From: Felis catus
Taxonomy: Eukaryota
NCBI RefSeq assembly: GCF_018350175.1
Contig: NC_058368.1
Span: 196,418,001 to 196,482,000, forward strand
Length of the DNA stretch: 64,000 bases
Direction of reading: 5' to 3'
Of the stretch, positions 28,141-39,228 are shown in pieces. The translations under genes and the position numbers were made by a program. Within the stretch, counting starts at the first letter, position 1; each line of letters opens with the position of its first letter. The notes under the pieces are model-generated. The model saw only the letters and a list, made by a program, of their open reading frames with translations, was not told where the DNA came from and did no database searches.

Positions 28141-28259
28141 CAAGGAAGACAGAGGCGCCCAAGGGGGCCAGAGCGCAGGAAGAAGTGAGCAGAGAGGGCA
28201 AGCAAGAGAGAGGAAGAGGAAGAGAGAGAGGAAGGTGGGCGGGGGTGGGTGCAGCCAGG
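28141..28259 (+). other. CSF1R: Candidate distal non-coding CSF1R exon 1 (homologue of the human trophoblast-promoter exon)
   Basis: Purine-rich block (gacagag...gaagtgag...gaggaagaggaagagagagaggaag...gcagccagg) about 480 bp past the PDGFRB polyA site; position and sequence resemble the recalled human CSF1R 5' exon. 5' boundary approximate. Confidence 0.6.
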
Positions 28260-29509
28260 GCGAGGCCAACGAGGGAATAGGAGCCCAGCTGTGGCTCTGA
28301 GGGCAGGGCAGAGGGGTGCAGACCAGCAGGCCCCAGGCCCCTCACGACTGCAGCCGCTCAGTGGTGCGGGGCCGGCATGGGCCAGACATCCTGGTGCCTG
28401 CTGGCCAGCTCTGTCCTGACCGTAGGCTCCACAGCCCAGCCCGGGCCTGACAGACCTTGGCAGCAGCACAGGGCCAGGGCAATAGAGCTAACCAGGGCAT
28501 GGGTCCCAGCGCAAGGGTCTTAGACCCAGGCCACGGCTTCCTGACCTCCTCACTTGGGCCCTCTGGCAGGGGTCACCTGAGGTGGAACCAGGTTTCAGTC
28601 TGAGATCTATCACACCTCACTGTGCGATCTTGGCCATCGCTTGCTTTCTCTGATGCGGGGAAGGGGGCATCTCTTTCTGGAACACGGGTACCTCACTTTG
28701 GAACCGCTCGCGTCCCTGGACTGCTGCCAGGGGTCTGGGGCTGCGGCTGCCAGTGGGGACAGGAATGGAGATGTGGGGCAGCTGTGACTCACAGGCCCAG
28801 CCGCCAACTCAGGGGCAGCTGAGCCATGCCAAGGGAAAGCCCGCCAACTACATGGCCTGGCCGCACAAAGCCCACCCCCCTGGGGGTCCTGGTTTCAGAG
28901 AACCCGAGCCTGTGACCCTTTCTTTCCTGACTGTGGTGGAAGATGAATAAGCCAATCCCAGGATCTGCCCTGTAAAGAGAATAAACAACCCTCATTCCAG
29001 ACGGGGATTATCCTTGCTCGTGGGAAAAGTCTCCGTCTGGAAGTCAGGAGACTTTGGCTCCCCCCCACCCCCACCCCGTTCAGGCCTGCTCCTTGTGGGA
29101 CTTTGGGTAGATTATACCACATCAGGCCTCAATTTCCCCAGCAGTAAATGGAGCTAATGATGTCACAAAGACAGAAAGGATGATAAAATGCTGGCAACCA
29201 TTTATTGAACAGTTTCTATATGCCAGGTCTGTCCTATTGCTTCACACCCATTTTCTCATTTTACCCTCACACAGATCCTATGAACCAGGTACTACTACTG
29301 TCCCTATATTACAGGTGAAACCTGGATAAGATAGGAGCCTGGGCTTGGCTGACTCCCAAGTCAGTGCTCAGGGAGACAGAACGCTCAGCCAAGGTGACAG
29401 AGCTGGGGAGTAGGGCAGCCTGGGTCCCAACCCCGGTCTCCAGACTCTAGGGCTGTCTGGTGCTCAGAGTACAGAAGTTCTGGGTAAGAGGAAAGAGCTA
29501 AGTGAACCT

Positions 29510-29577
29510 TATGGGTCCGAGCCCCGTGTCAGGCTCTGTGCTGACAGCTCAGAACCTGGAGCCTCCTTTGGATTCTG

Positions 29578-29610
<33 letters not shown>

Positions 29611-29630
29611 GTGCCCCTCCCCTGCTCACG

Positions 29631-29676
<46 letters not shown>

Positions 29677-29711
29677 AACGAATAAACATTTGAAAAATTT
29701 TTTGAAAAAAA
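29510..29711 (+). mobile_element. 5'-truncated CAN-SINE
   Basis: Starts mid-element; perfect 18-bp TSD aaagagctaagtgaacct at 29492 and 29712. Confidence 0.93.
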
Positions 29712-30209
29712 AAAGAGCTAAGTGAACCTGAGGGCTAGATAGAATATAGAAGGGCTGGCGGAGGGCTTGGACCTCATGGGCCCCTGTGCTGAGGGGGGTG
29801 TAGGAGTTGGGGGAGGGGAGAACCATAGGTCACCTGTGCTGGCTCCTGTCTCCCAGGCTTGCCACTCAGGCAGGCCCAAGGGAACCCGTGAGCTGGAATT
29901 TTCCTCCCAGACGGATGAGCCATTTGGACTGCACAATTCTTCCTCCACCCTATTCACAGCCAGGGGCCTTGTTCCTGGAAAAAGAGGGAAAGACCAAAAG
30001 GAGCTATTACTCTCGGAGCTCTGCCCCTCAGCTGGAGCAGGGCTCACACCCCCCACTGGTGGCCCTCCCCTGAACTAGGGCACTGTCTCCAAAGGCCTCT
30101 TCTGTTTTATTGTTCAATGTCACAACAATTAAAAATTACCTTTATAAAAGTATTTATGTAACACACGCTTGTATTAAAAAAAAATCAATTATCAAAATAT
30201 ATAATATAT

Positions 30210-30439
30210 GGGGCACGTGGGTGGCCCAGTCGGTTCAGCGTCAGACTTCGGCTCGGGTCATGATCTCACAGTTTGTGAGTTCCAGCCCCGCGTGGGTCTC
30301 TGTGCTGACAGCTCGGAGCCTGGAGCCTGCTTCCGGTTCTGTGTCTCCCTCTCTCTCTGCCCCTCCCCCACTCGCGCTCTGTCTCTCTCTCAAAAATAAA
30401 TAAACATTGAAAACATTTTTAAAAATAAAATAAAATTTA
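30210..30439 (+). mobile_element. CAN-SINE
   Basis: ggggcacgtgggtggcccagtcgg head, (CT)n, aaataaataaa tail. Confidence 0.93.
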
Positions 30440-30660
30440 GGAGCGCCTGGGTGGCGCAGTCGGTTAAGCGTCCGACTTCAGCTCAGGTCACGATCTCGCG
30501 GTCCGTGAGTTCGAGCCCCGCGTCAGGCTCTGGGCTGATGGCTCAGAGCCTGGAGCCTGTTTCCGATTCTGTGTCTCCCTCTCTCTCTGCCCCTCCCCCG
30601 TTCATGCTCTGTCTCTCTCTGTCCCAAAAATAAATAAAAGTTGAAAAAAATAAAATAAAA
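30440..30660 (+). mobile_element. CpG-rich, apparently young CAN-SINE inserted in the tail of the previous SINE
   Basis: ggagcgcctgggtggcgcagtcgg; TSD aaaataaaataaaattta at 30422 and 30657. Confidence 0.93.
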
Positions 30661-30874
30661 TAAAATAAAATTTAAAAATATCCATATAATATAGAAAGTT
30701 GTTTGTGTATTTGTACTTTAGGCTCCCAGTAACATTGTAAATGCTTATTTTCTTCATTCAGCAACTCTGTGTATAGGAATTTATCTTTTGGAAATTCTGC
30801 TTCTCATTGTTAACAGTTCAGTTATATTCTTCCACGGTTTTCTCCCCTTACATCTCTACTAATATTTGTATTCC

Positions 30875-31050
30875 GGAGTGCCTGGGTGACTCGGTTGAGA
30901 GTCTGACTCTTGATTTTGGCTCAGATCATGCTCCCAGGGTTGTGGGATTGAGCCCCGAGCCACGTGCAGCATGGGGCCTGCTTAGGATTCTGTCTTTCCT
31001 TCGGCCACTCTCGCAGGCTCACACTCTTTCTCTTAAAAAAAAAAAAATTA
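30875..31050 (+). mobile_element. Older, diverged CAN-SINE
   Basis: ggagtgcctgggtgactcggtt...gactcttgattttggctcag...polyA. Confidence 0.85.
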
Positions 31051-31210
31051 ATAAAAATTTGCATTTTTTATCTGTGTAAATATATAATTACAATTAAAAA
31101 AAAAAACCTACCAGTACCGTTTTACAGCTTTGTGTTTTTTGCTTAAGGACACGTCATGTGCACAGTCACAGGTCAGTGGTACATGTAGGTATTAATGCAT
31201 TCGTTACGAG

Positions 31211-31366
31211 GTGTGGCTGGGTGGTTAACTGAGTCGGTTGGTTAAGTATCCGACTTTGGCTCAGGTCATGATCTCAGGGTTTATGAGTTCCAACCCCGTG
31301 TCAGGCTGTCTGCTGTCAGCATAGAGACTGCCTCAGGTACTCTGTCTCCCTCTCTCTGCCCCTCCC

Positions 31367-31403
<37 letters not shown>

Positions 31404-31412
31404 AATGAACAT
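31211..31412 (+). mobile_element. CAN-SINE
   Basis: Diverged head, (CT)n; 19-bp TSD with 2 mismatches at 31192 and 31413. Confidence 0.88.
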
Positions 31413-32218
31413 TTAATGCATTCATTATGAGAGTTGCACATCATTTAAAGCATGTCTATGCCATAAATTATCTGACCAATCCCCTAGTGACGGACATTTA
31501 GTGTTTCCAAGTTCTAAATTATGCTGGAATGACCACTGTTCGTTCATAAAGTACATTTATATTTGCACGTTTTTGTAAGGACCTATTTCCATAGGTTAAA
31601 TTCCTAGACACAGAGTTGCTTAGTAAAGAGAATAAACATTTAAAATGTTATTGAGTCTAAAAGTTCCCTTTAAAATACGCAAAATCATAAAGCTTCCAGG
31701 AAGCTAAGAAAACCAAACATAAAAGTGATGAAAACATCATTATTTAATTCTAGCTAGGGGTTCCGGCCTCCAGAAAGAAGTCTGGAGCCTCTTCTGTTTG
31801 TCGAAAAAAGCCACAAACACGTGGGAGAACAGAGTTAAAGACAGGGTGCATGGAGTGGAGACTTTCTCCCTGGCGTAATCAGAGGGTGGGGAGACCCAAC
31901 AAGGCAAGAGCTTGCCTGTGAGGCTGTGCGGGGTTCCCGCAGCCCGGCCTCCAGCCCATGTCCAGAGGGCACCCACTTGGGAAACCCAGCTTGCCCTGGC
32001 TACCTGGGCCCTGCCTGGTCCCTCACTGTTCAGAGAGTATGTTCCTAACAGTGGTCCCATGTGATGCTCACCATCCACCTGTGAGACAAGCCAAGGGCTC
32101 AGTTCCAGATGAGGAAGGCTGAAGCCCAGAGCCACCGGGTACTGGTCCAAGGTCACACACAGAGAGGTACTTGGCCTGCCAGTCTGGGATGCTTCTACTG
32201 CCTTCCTCGGGAAATTTC

Positions 32219-32294
32219 TTTTTTCTTCTTTTTTGTTTTTAATGTTTATTTGTTGATTTTGAGAGAAACAGAGAGAGGGCAGCAGGGGAAGGGC

Positions 32295-32347
<53 letters not shown>

Positions 32348-32475
32348 CCCAGGCAGGTTCCGTGCTTGGCACAGCAGGAACCAGACTCGGGGATCCATCT
32401 CACAAACCTCGAGATCATGACCTGAGCCAAAATCAAGAGTCAGATGCTTAACCAACAGAGGCACTCGGCACCCCC
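32219..32475 (-). mobile_element. CAN-SINE
   Basis: T-rich tail, (GA)n, gagatcatgacctgagcc...ggcacccc. Confidence 0.9.
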
Positions 32476-33279
32476 CTCAGGGAGTTTCTAAGGCCACTTC
32501 CTGGACTCAGAAGGGGCAGCAGACGGGGCCCTGGTGTCAGGGTACCGGCTGCCACTTAGGATGTGGCTCCTGGATTCCCCGGGTGTGTGTGTGGGGGGCT
32601 CTTCTTGGAGTGGGGTCCCGGGGCTTCTCTGGGCTACGACAGATTCCCACAGCTCAGAATAAAATCGGTTATGGCTGCCTCAACGGCCTGCTGAGGGGGT
32701 CCCAGCCTGGGTAGGGGGTTGGCTCTTCTTAGGAGCCAGCAGTGACTTAGGGATACCACAGAAGCCAGCCTGTCTCCCTGCGCACCGCCCCCCCACACTG
32801 CCTCAGCCCCCCGCCCTTCTCTCTGGGCCCTGGGCATGCCTTCCTTCTCGAACAGCTCCTTATACCCTCTTAGGGCTCTTCTCCTCCTGACAGGCGTGGG
32901 GCAGTTCCATAGTCTCTTTCTGGTTTGGGGTTTCATGGTAGTCATTGCAAGGAACTGGAAGTCACAAGCATGGGGAAGTAACAGAGCTTCTGGAAAATCA
33001 GAATTCTCAAGGGTGCTTGTTCCCCTTCTGAAGGGACAAGGTGGAAGGTTCCACGCCTGACGATTTCTCTTCTTCGTTATTGACCATCCTGAAGCAAACC
33101 GTGATCTTGCCTCTCTTTAGCTCAGACATCTTCGGTGGCTCCCCATGGCCCAACAGACAAAGTCTGGGCATCCTAGTGTGGTCTCCAAGGCCATCCCCGA
33201 CCTGGTTCCAACCTCTCCTGCTACCTCTCCCACATCTGCCCTCCAAGGCCTGTCTACCCCTAGCGGACCGCAAGCTTTT

Positions 33280-34035
33280 CCACCTTCCAACTGCACATAG
33301 GGTTTCCTTTTCTCCTCATCCTCGCCAACACTCACTATCTCGTCTTTTTGATACTAGCCACCCTGATGGGTGTGAGCTGATACCTCGTTGTGGTTGTGAC
33401 TTGCATTTCCCCGATGACGAGTGATGTTGAGCATCTTTTCATGTACTTGTTGGTCATTTATACGTTTTCTTTAGAAAAATGTCTATTCATGGGGCACCTG
33501 GGTGGCTCAGTCAGTTGAGCGTCTGACTTTGTCTCAGGTCATGATCTCACGGTTCGTGGGTTTGAGCCCCACGTCGGGCTCTGTGCTGACAGCTCAGAGC
33601 CTGGAGCCTGCTTTGGGTTCTGTGTCTCCCTCTCTCTCTGCCCCTCCCCTGCTCATGCTCTGTCTCTCTCTGTCTCAAAAATAAATAAAAACATTTAAAA
33701 TAAACAAACATTTAAAAAATTTAAAAAAAGAAAAATGTCTATTCAGTTCTTCTGCCCATTTTTTGATAAGATTTTAGTTTTCGGTAATCTCTATACCCAA
33801 CGTAGGGCCCGAACTCACAACCTGGAGATCAAAGGTCACATGCTTCCCCTACTGAGCCCCGCTTCTACCCATTTTTAAATCAGATTCTTTGTTTTCTTTG
33901 CTGTTGAGTTATATGAGGTCCTTATACATTTTGGTTGTCAACCCCTTATCAGATTTGTGATTCGCAGGTATTTTCTCTCATTTGGTAGGTTGCTCTTTCG
34001 TTTGGTCGACTGTTTCTTTTGCTGTGCAGAAGCCT
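33280..34035 (-). mobile_element. L1 ORF2 3' fragment interrupted by SINEs
   Basis: ttgcatttcc...gatgttgagcatcttttcatgt...aaaatgtctattca and tttgctgtgcagaagc are L1 hallmarks. Confidence 0.85.
33491..33728 (+). mobile_element. CAN-SINE nested in L1
   Basis: 17-bp TSD agaaaaatgtctattca at 33473 and 33729. Confidence 0.95.
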
Positions 34036-37000
34036 GACCTCTGCACCTTTACTGGTGCTGTCCTTACCACTAAAGATGCCCAGCCCTCAACGGCTGAAGG
34101 GCAAATTCTTGCATGAAGTTCTGGCACAGATCCAAGTGACCTCCTCCAAGAAGCCTTCCTGATCATTCAGTTGGAAGTGGCTTTTCTTCCCAGTCTTTTG
34201 TTTGTTTGACAGCCTCAGTCTCTGGATGTCTTATGCACTCTCTCACCTCTGGGCCTGCACCTGCTGTCTCTCCCTCCTGGAATATTCCTACTCTTCCCTG
34301 AACCCACCCTCAACTCCTAGTCAGCTTAGGCAGACTCCTTCTTGACTCCTTTCTTCAGTGCTCCCAGGAAGTCCTACAACCCCCTGAGCTTCTGGTTCCT
34401 TTCCTGGCTCTGCCAACAGGCTGTGAGCTCCAGAGGGAGGTGGAAGATGACCTCCATGGTCACCACTGTGTCCCTAGGGCCAGGCATAGAGGGAACTCTA
34501 GATCAATAGTTGTTGAGGACACTAACCTGCATTATGGTCTCACTGGATCTGAGTTAATAACCTCTCCCCCACTTTACCTGTGAAGAAATTGAGGCCCAGG
34601 ACCTGGCTGTGGTCATGCAGCTAAGAGTGGAGAATGTGATTCGGCCATCTCTCTGGCTTTAAAGCCCAGGTTATCCCCTTCTAGCCTTGACCCTTTTGAG
34701 AGCCCCAGCCATTGCTGAAGGCAGGTGGTGACAAGTTTCTGGATTCAAATGCAGTTCTGCCATTTATCAGCTGTGTGACCCTGGGCAGGTCACTTACCAT
34801 CTCTGAGCCTGTCTTTTCTCATCTGTGACATGGGATAATTATAGCTATCCCCAAATGTGGTTATGAGGATAAGACGAGATCATCTGTGCAGAGACTGGCC
34901 CAAAGGGAGTGCCCAATGGACAAGGTGATGGAGAATGAGCCCGCTTCATGCCCCTGTGTTAGTGCAATTATTTATAGCAACCCTTTTGGGCTCAAAGGTC
35001 CCCAGTTGGATGATGGATCGTGTCAATACAGATTAACATTAGCACTGTCGCCTGCAGGACAGTACCGCTGCTTAGAGAGGACATCCCCCAAGAAGGTGAG
35101 CGCCCTGCAGGGAGGGCGGAGCTCTGCGCCTTCTCCTTCCTGGGCCTACAGCAGGGCCAGATGCATGACGCACTCACCCAGTGAAGTGGTTTCTGAGAGT
35201 GGAGAACCCCCTCCACTCTTCACTTGTTCGCCCGCTTCCTCTTTCATTCACGCATCCAGCACTGACTGGGCTCCCCATCTGCTGGGCGTCAGCCAAACGC
35301 AGGACATAAACGAGACCTGGAGAAGCCCAGGCCCTGCCAGGGAGCTTGCGTTGGGGCTGGAGGTCTCGGGACAAAGTCAGTCAGTAACCTGCTTAGAACA
35401 GCACTTGTGCTGGCCGGGAGAGGGGCTGCGAACTCAGGGGCCAGAGAGAGGGTGAGACAGGCCGACAGCAGAGCGGTGAGCTCAGTCCAGACGGAGACAG
35501 AGGCAGAGCCACGTGCAGCAGTGAAAAGGGGCCAGGTGAGTTCAGCAGCTGCAAGCCCAGCATGCAGTGCAGGGGGAAGGTGGGTGGAGAGAGGCAGGGA
35601 GAACGGCAGCAGATAGATCCCAGGGGTCCCATGAGCCCTGCTAGAGTAGGGACCTGACCTGCACTGCCGTGCTGGAATAGTGCCCCACAGTGTCGTACCC
35701 CGGATGCCGGAGCCCGTTGAATCCTCCGGTGTAGGGGTCGGGGCGGTCGAACCTCTCTGGCCTGGGGTTGTAGCATGACCAGTAGCCAACTGTCCTGGGT
35801 CCCTGGCTCCTGGTGTGGGCTTCTCCACCCCAAGATGGGGGAACTGGGAACTAAATCCCGGGGCATGGGTTGGGGTTGAGTGGTCAGGAGGGTGGGGGAC
35901 AAGTTGTACCTGCCATGAGGTCTGGAGGTACCAGGAGCCAGGAGCCAGGAGCCAGGTGGGGAGATGAGCTTTTGGCCCTTAGTATGTGCAAAAGTGTGAC
36001 ACAGCCCACACAGTGACTTCGGGATTTCCTAATCCTTGGGCTGACATGCAAACCCTTTTCAAAGTTCCTCTGCTACAGGAAGGAGTGATGTCAATCCAAG
36101 ATTCCTGCCCTTCATCCTCCCGGCCGCATCACTGCGGCTTCCTGGGCATTGCCTCACTGAATCCCAGGCCAGTGTCACCCCATGTCCACTGACAGCGCGT
36201 TTGCAGCTGGGGAAGGCCCGGGATCACTCTGTGCAGTGTGGTGGTCATTAGCACAGGCTCTGTGGCCCGGCTGCCTGGTCCCAACCCCAGCTGTGCTGTC
36301 TGCTGGCTCTGGGACCTTGGGCAAGTGACTTAACCTCTCTGAGCCTTAGTTTCCTCCCCTGCAAAATGGGAATAATTAATAGAACCAGCCTCACGGTTGA
36401 GAGGATTAAATGAGATAAATATGCAAAGAGCCTGACATGGTACTTTCCTGCAGAGTACTTTCCTGCTTGCAAAGTTTTGGAACACAGCGTGTATTCACTG
36501 ATTCGTTCATTCTTCAAACACCTAAAGTCAATGGATCATAATGGTCATGTACACGATAGGCTCAGGAAGCAGAAATACTGCACCCCCCACCCCCCGGCTG
36601 TGTGATCTTGGGAAAGTAACTTAACTTCTCTGAACTTCGGGATAATAACAACACCTACCTCTAGGGTTGAGGATTCAATGAGAAAACTTCAAAGAGCGCT
36701 TGACATGCTGCTGACACATAGTAAGCACCTTTGCTAAACCTCCTCTGCCAAATGAGGAAAGTATTAGAAAGGCCTGGGAGGCACAGGAAGGACACTTGCC
36801 TATCTGTCAGGGATAGGGAGGCCTCCTGGAGCTAGGGAGTAGGAGGAGCCATGGGAGTTTGCTGCATGGACAGAAACAGCAGAGCAAGAAGTTTCTTGGG
36901 ATCTGGGAAAGAGGTACGTTCTGCTGAAGTGGACTAGGTCACCCCTCGGGGCCACCATGGCAGATCCCTTGCGGGGCCACATCCCTTCTCTACCTCAACA

Positions 37001-37599
37001 CCCTTCACCAGAGAGGGGTCTCTGGCAGACTTGGTCAAGGACTTTGTGAGAATGGTATGGAAGCTGGGCACCCTACCCTGAGATTAGACACAAACTTTAC
37101 CGACATGTTAGGGGTTCTCAGGTTTTCTTGAGGCCATCCGTGGACTTCTGAGGGCAATGGCCTCCGCCATGAGCGAGCATCGGAATCCCGTAGGGAGCAT
37201 ATTTCCTGGGCAGGTTTGTACCTCTCGTCCCTAATTCAGCAGGCCTGGGATGGCCTCAGATTCTGCATTTCAACAGGCACCTCTACGATTCTGAGGCTGG
37301 AGTCCCCAGACTATACATACTTGGTGGTGCCCATCTAGAGGCTCCCATGAAGAGCCCATGGCCTACAGGATGAAGTCTGGGCTGGGTTGTCAGGGGCTCT
37401 TTTCACCTGGACCTCACCCTTTCCTACTTCCACCTCTGTTCCATCCCTCTGGCTCACCCTGAGTTTTTGTCCTCTCCGCCCCCACACCAGTCCTTCTCGT
37501 GGATTCTCTTTCTGTCTGGAGGACTCCTCCAAGGCCCATTCCCCCCATGATATCTGTAGCCCTTGTACCCCTGTCACTACATGAAGGGACTCCCTCCAA

Positions 37600-37880
37600 A
37601 CGTGTTGGACTTGAGAAAGTTAATGTCATATTGATGACCCCGCATATGCTGAAGATCTGACGAGGGTGAGGATGACTGGATGTGTTTGGAGACGAGGTCC
37701 AAGGAGGAGTGTGAAGGGACCGGAGTGCTCAGCCTGGAGGAGTGGTGCCTCCAGGGAGCACGGGGCTGCCTCCACATGATGGAAGGCCGATCGAGAGACA
37801 AGGAACAAAGTTGTCTGGGGGTCCAGAAAGCAGCACCAAAAGTGACAGGAGATGCCCCCAGGAGGCAGTCTGTTCCCTGA
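37600..37880 (+). mobile_element. Probable L3/CR1 fragment
   Basis: tgaagggaccggagtgctcagcctggaggag resembles the CR1 ORF2 3' region; heavily diverged. Confidence 0.5.
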
Positions 37881-38189
37881 TAGGGAAGCACGGGCTATAC
37901 TTTCCAACAACAGGAGGCGTGCAGGTGACCTACCAGTGGGGGTGAGGGGAATGCTATTGAGCCAGTGGCCCCAGTAGCAGAAAGCGGTGACCCTGGCTTC
38001 AGACCCTGAGAATCCCAAATCTGTCTCTGAGTCTTCCCAAAAGTAACTGTGTGATCAGAGATAAGTCACTTACCCTCTCTGACCTTCCCGCTTCTCATCT
38101 CTACAGTGGAGAACATACGTACTTTGCTGCATCCCTGTGGCCCAGGCCTGTATGAGAAAATGGAAATGAAAGTGCCCTGTAAACAATAA

Positions 38190-38800
38190 ATGGCCCACCC
38201 TGTCCAAGCAAGACATGAAACCCAGAAGCCAGAAATGAAAAGACCAACAGATTTTACTACATATCAAGTAAACACTTCTGTGTACAGAGACACCAAAAAA
38301 GAAAGTTGAAACAGAAGTGGTAGACTAGTGGGAAATGCTTTCAACATACACGAGAACAGGGTTAATAGACATCATACAGAATAAAAATAGTCCCAACAAG
38401 TCAATAAAAGACACGAACAAATAGAAACACGGACAAAGGATCTCTGTAGAAGAAATACACTTCAAAAAATGTGAACGTAGCCAATTACCTCATCCGTGTC
38501 TTGGAAAGACTGTGTGTTTCCCCTCCCCCCCCCCAATCTTGCAGGGTCACCTCTATCATTTATCAAGTGCCTGTAGATAGAGATCTATTTCTAAGATCTT
38601 TACTTTGTACCATTTGTCCGTCTGTGAGTCAATATCAACCTCAACATAGTGTCTTCATAGCATGTGTTGATACATAGTAGAACAAGACTTCCCATTTTTC
38701 TTTTTCATCTTCTTCCAGATTGTCTTGGCTATTCTCAGTCCTATACTTTTATTCCCCATTTGTTTTGTTAAGGTTTAAGTAACACAGAGTAGAATCCGTC
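38190..38800. mobile_element. Old L1 fragments (A-rich + strand piece, then T-rich - strand piece)
   Basis: Composition switch near 38480; tcttcttccagattgtcttggctattc is L1-like. Confidence 0.55.
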
Positions 38801-38844
38801 CTTTCAAATCTACAGTTCCTTATAGTAGTCCATTTTATTTTGTT

Positions 38845-38940
38845 TTGTGTTATCTCTACACCCATCGTAGGGCTCAAACTCGATTCCTGGAGATCAAGAG
38901 TTGCATTGCTCTTTGAACTGGGCCAGCGAGGCAGCCCTGT
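38845..38940 (-). mobile_element. Short old tRNA-derived SINE
   Basis: atctctacaccc...gggctcaaactc...gagatcaagagt...ccagcgaggcagccc; a similar copy lies at 33785-33860. Confidence 0.7.
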
Positions 38941-39005
38941 AGTGCTCCATTTGACAATGTATATAGTCATGTTACCACTACCACAATTAAGATATAGTTC
39001 CATCA

Positions 39006-39228
39006 GGGGTGTCTGGGTGGCTCAGATGGTTAAGTGATTGACTCTTGGTTTCCGCTTAGGTCATGATCCCAGGGTGGTGAATTCGAGCCCCAAGTCGGGT
39101 TCCTTAGCTGGCAGTTGTGGAGCCTACTTGGGATTCTCTCTCTCTCCCTTTCTCTCTGCGTGCCCACCCCTCCCCCCCCCACTTATGCTGTCTCTGTCTC
39201 TCTCAAAATAAATAAACTTAAAAAAAAA
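39006..39228 (+). mobile_element. CAN-SINE
   Basis: TSD aagatatagttcc(a/g)tca at 38989 and 39228. Confidence 0.92.

Noticed and set aside
35931..36470. (CCAGGAG)x3.5 at 35931 and the gtactttcctgc direct repeat near 36440
   Set aside because: Short slippage duplications with no sign of function.
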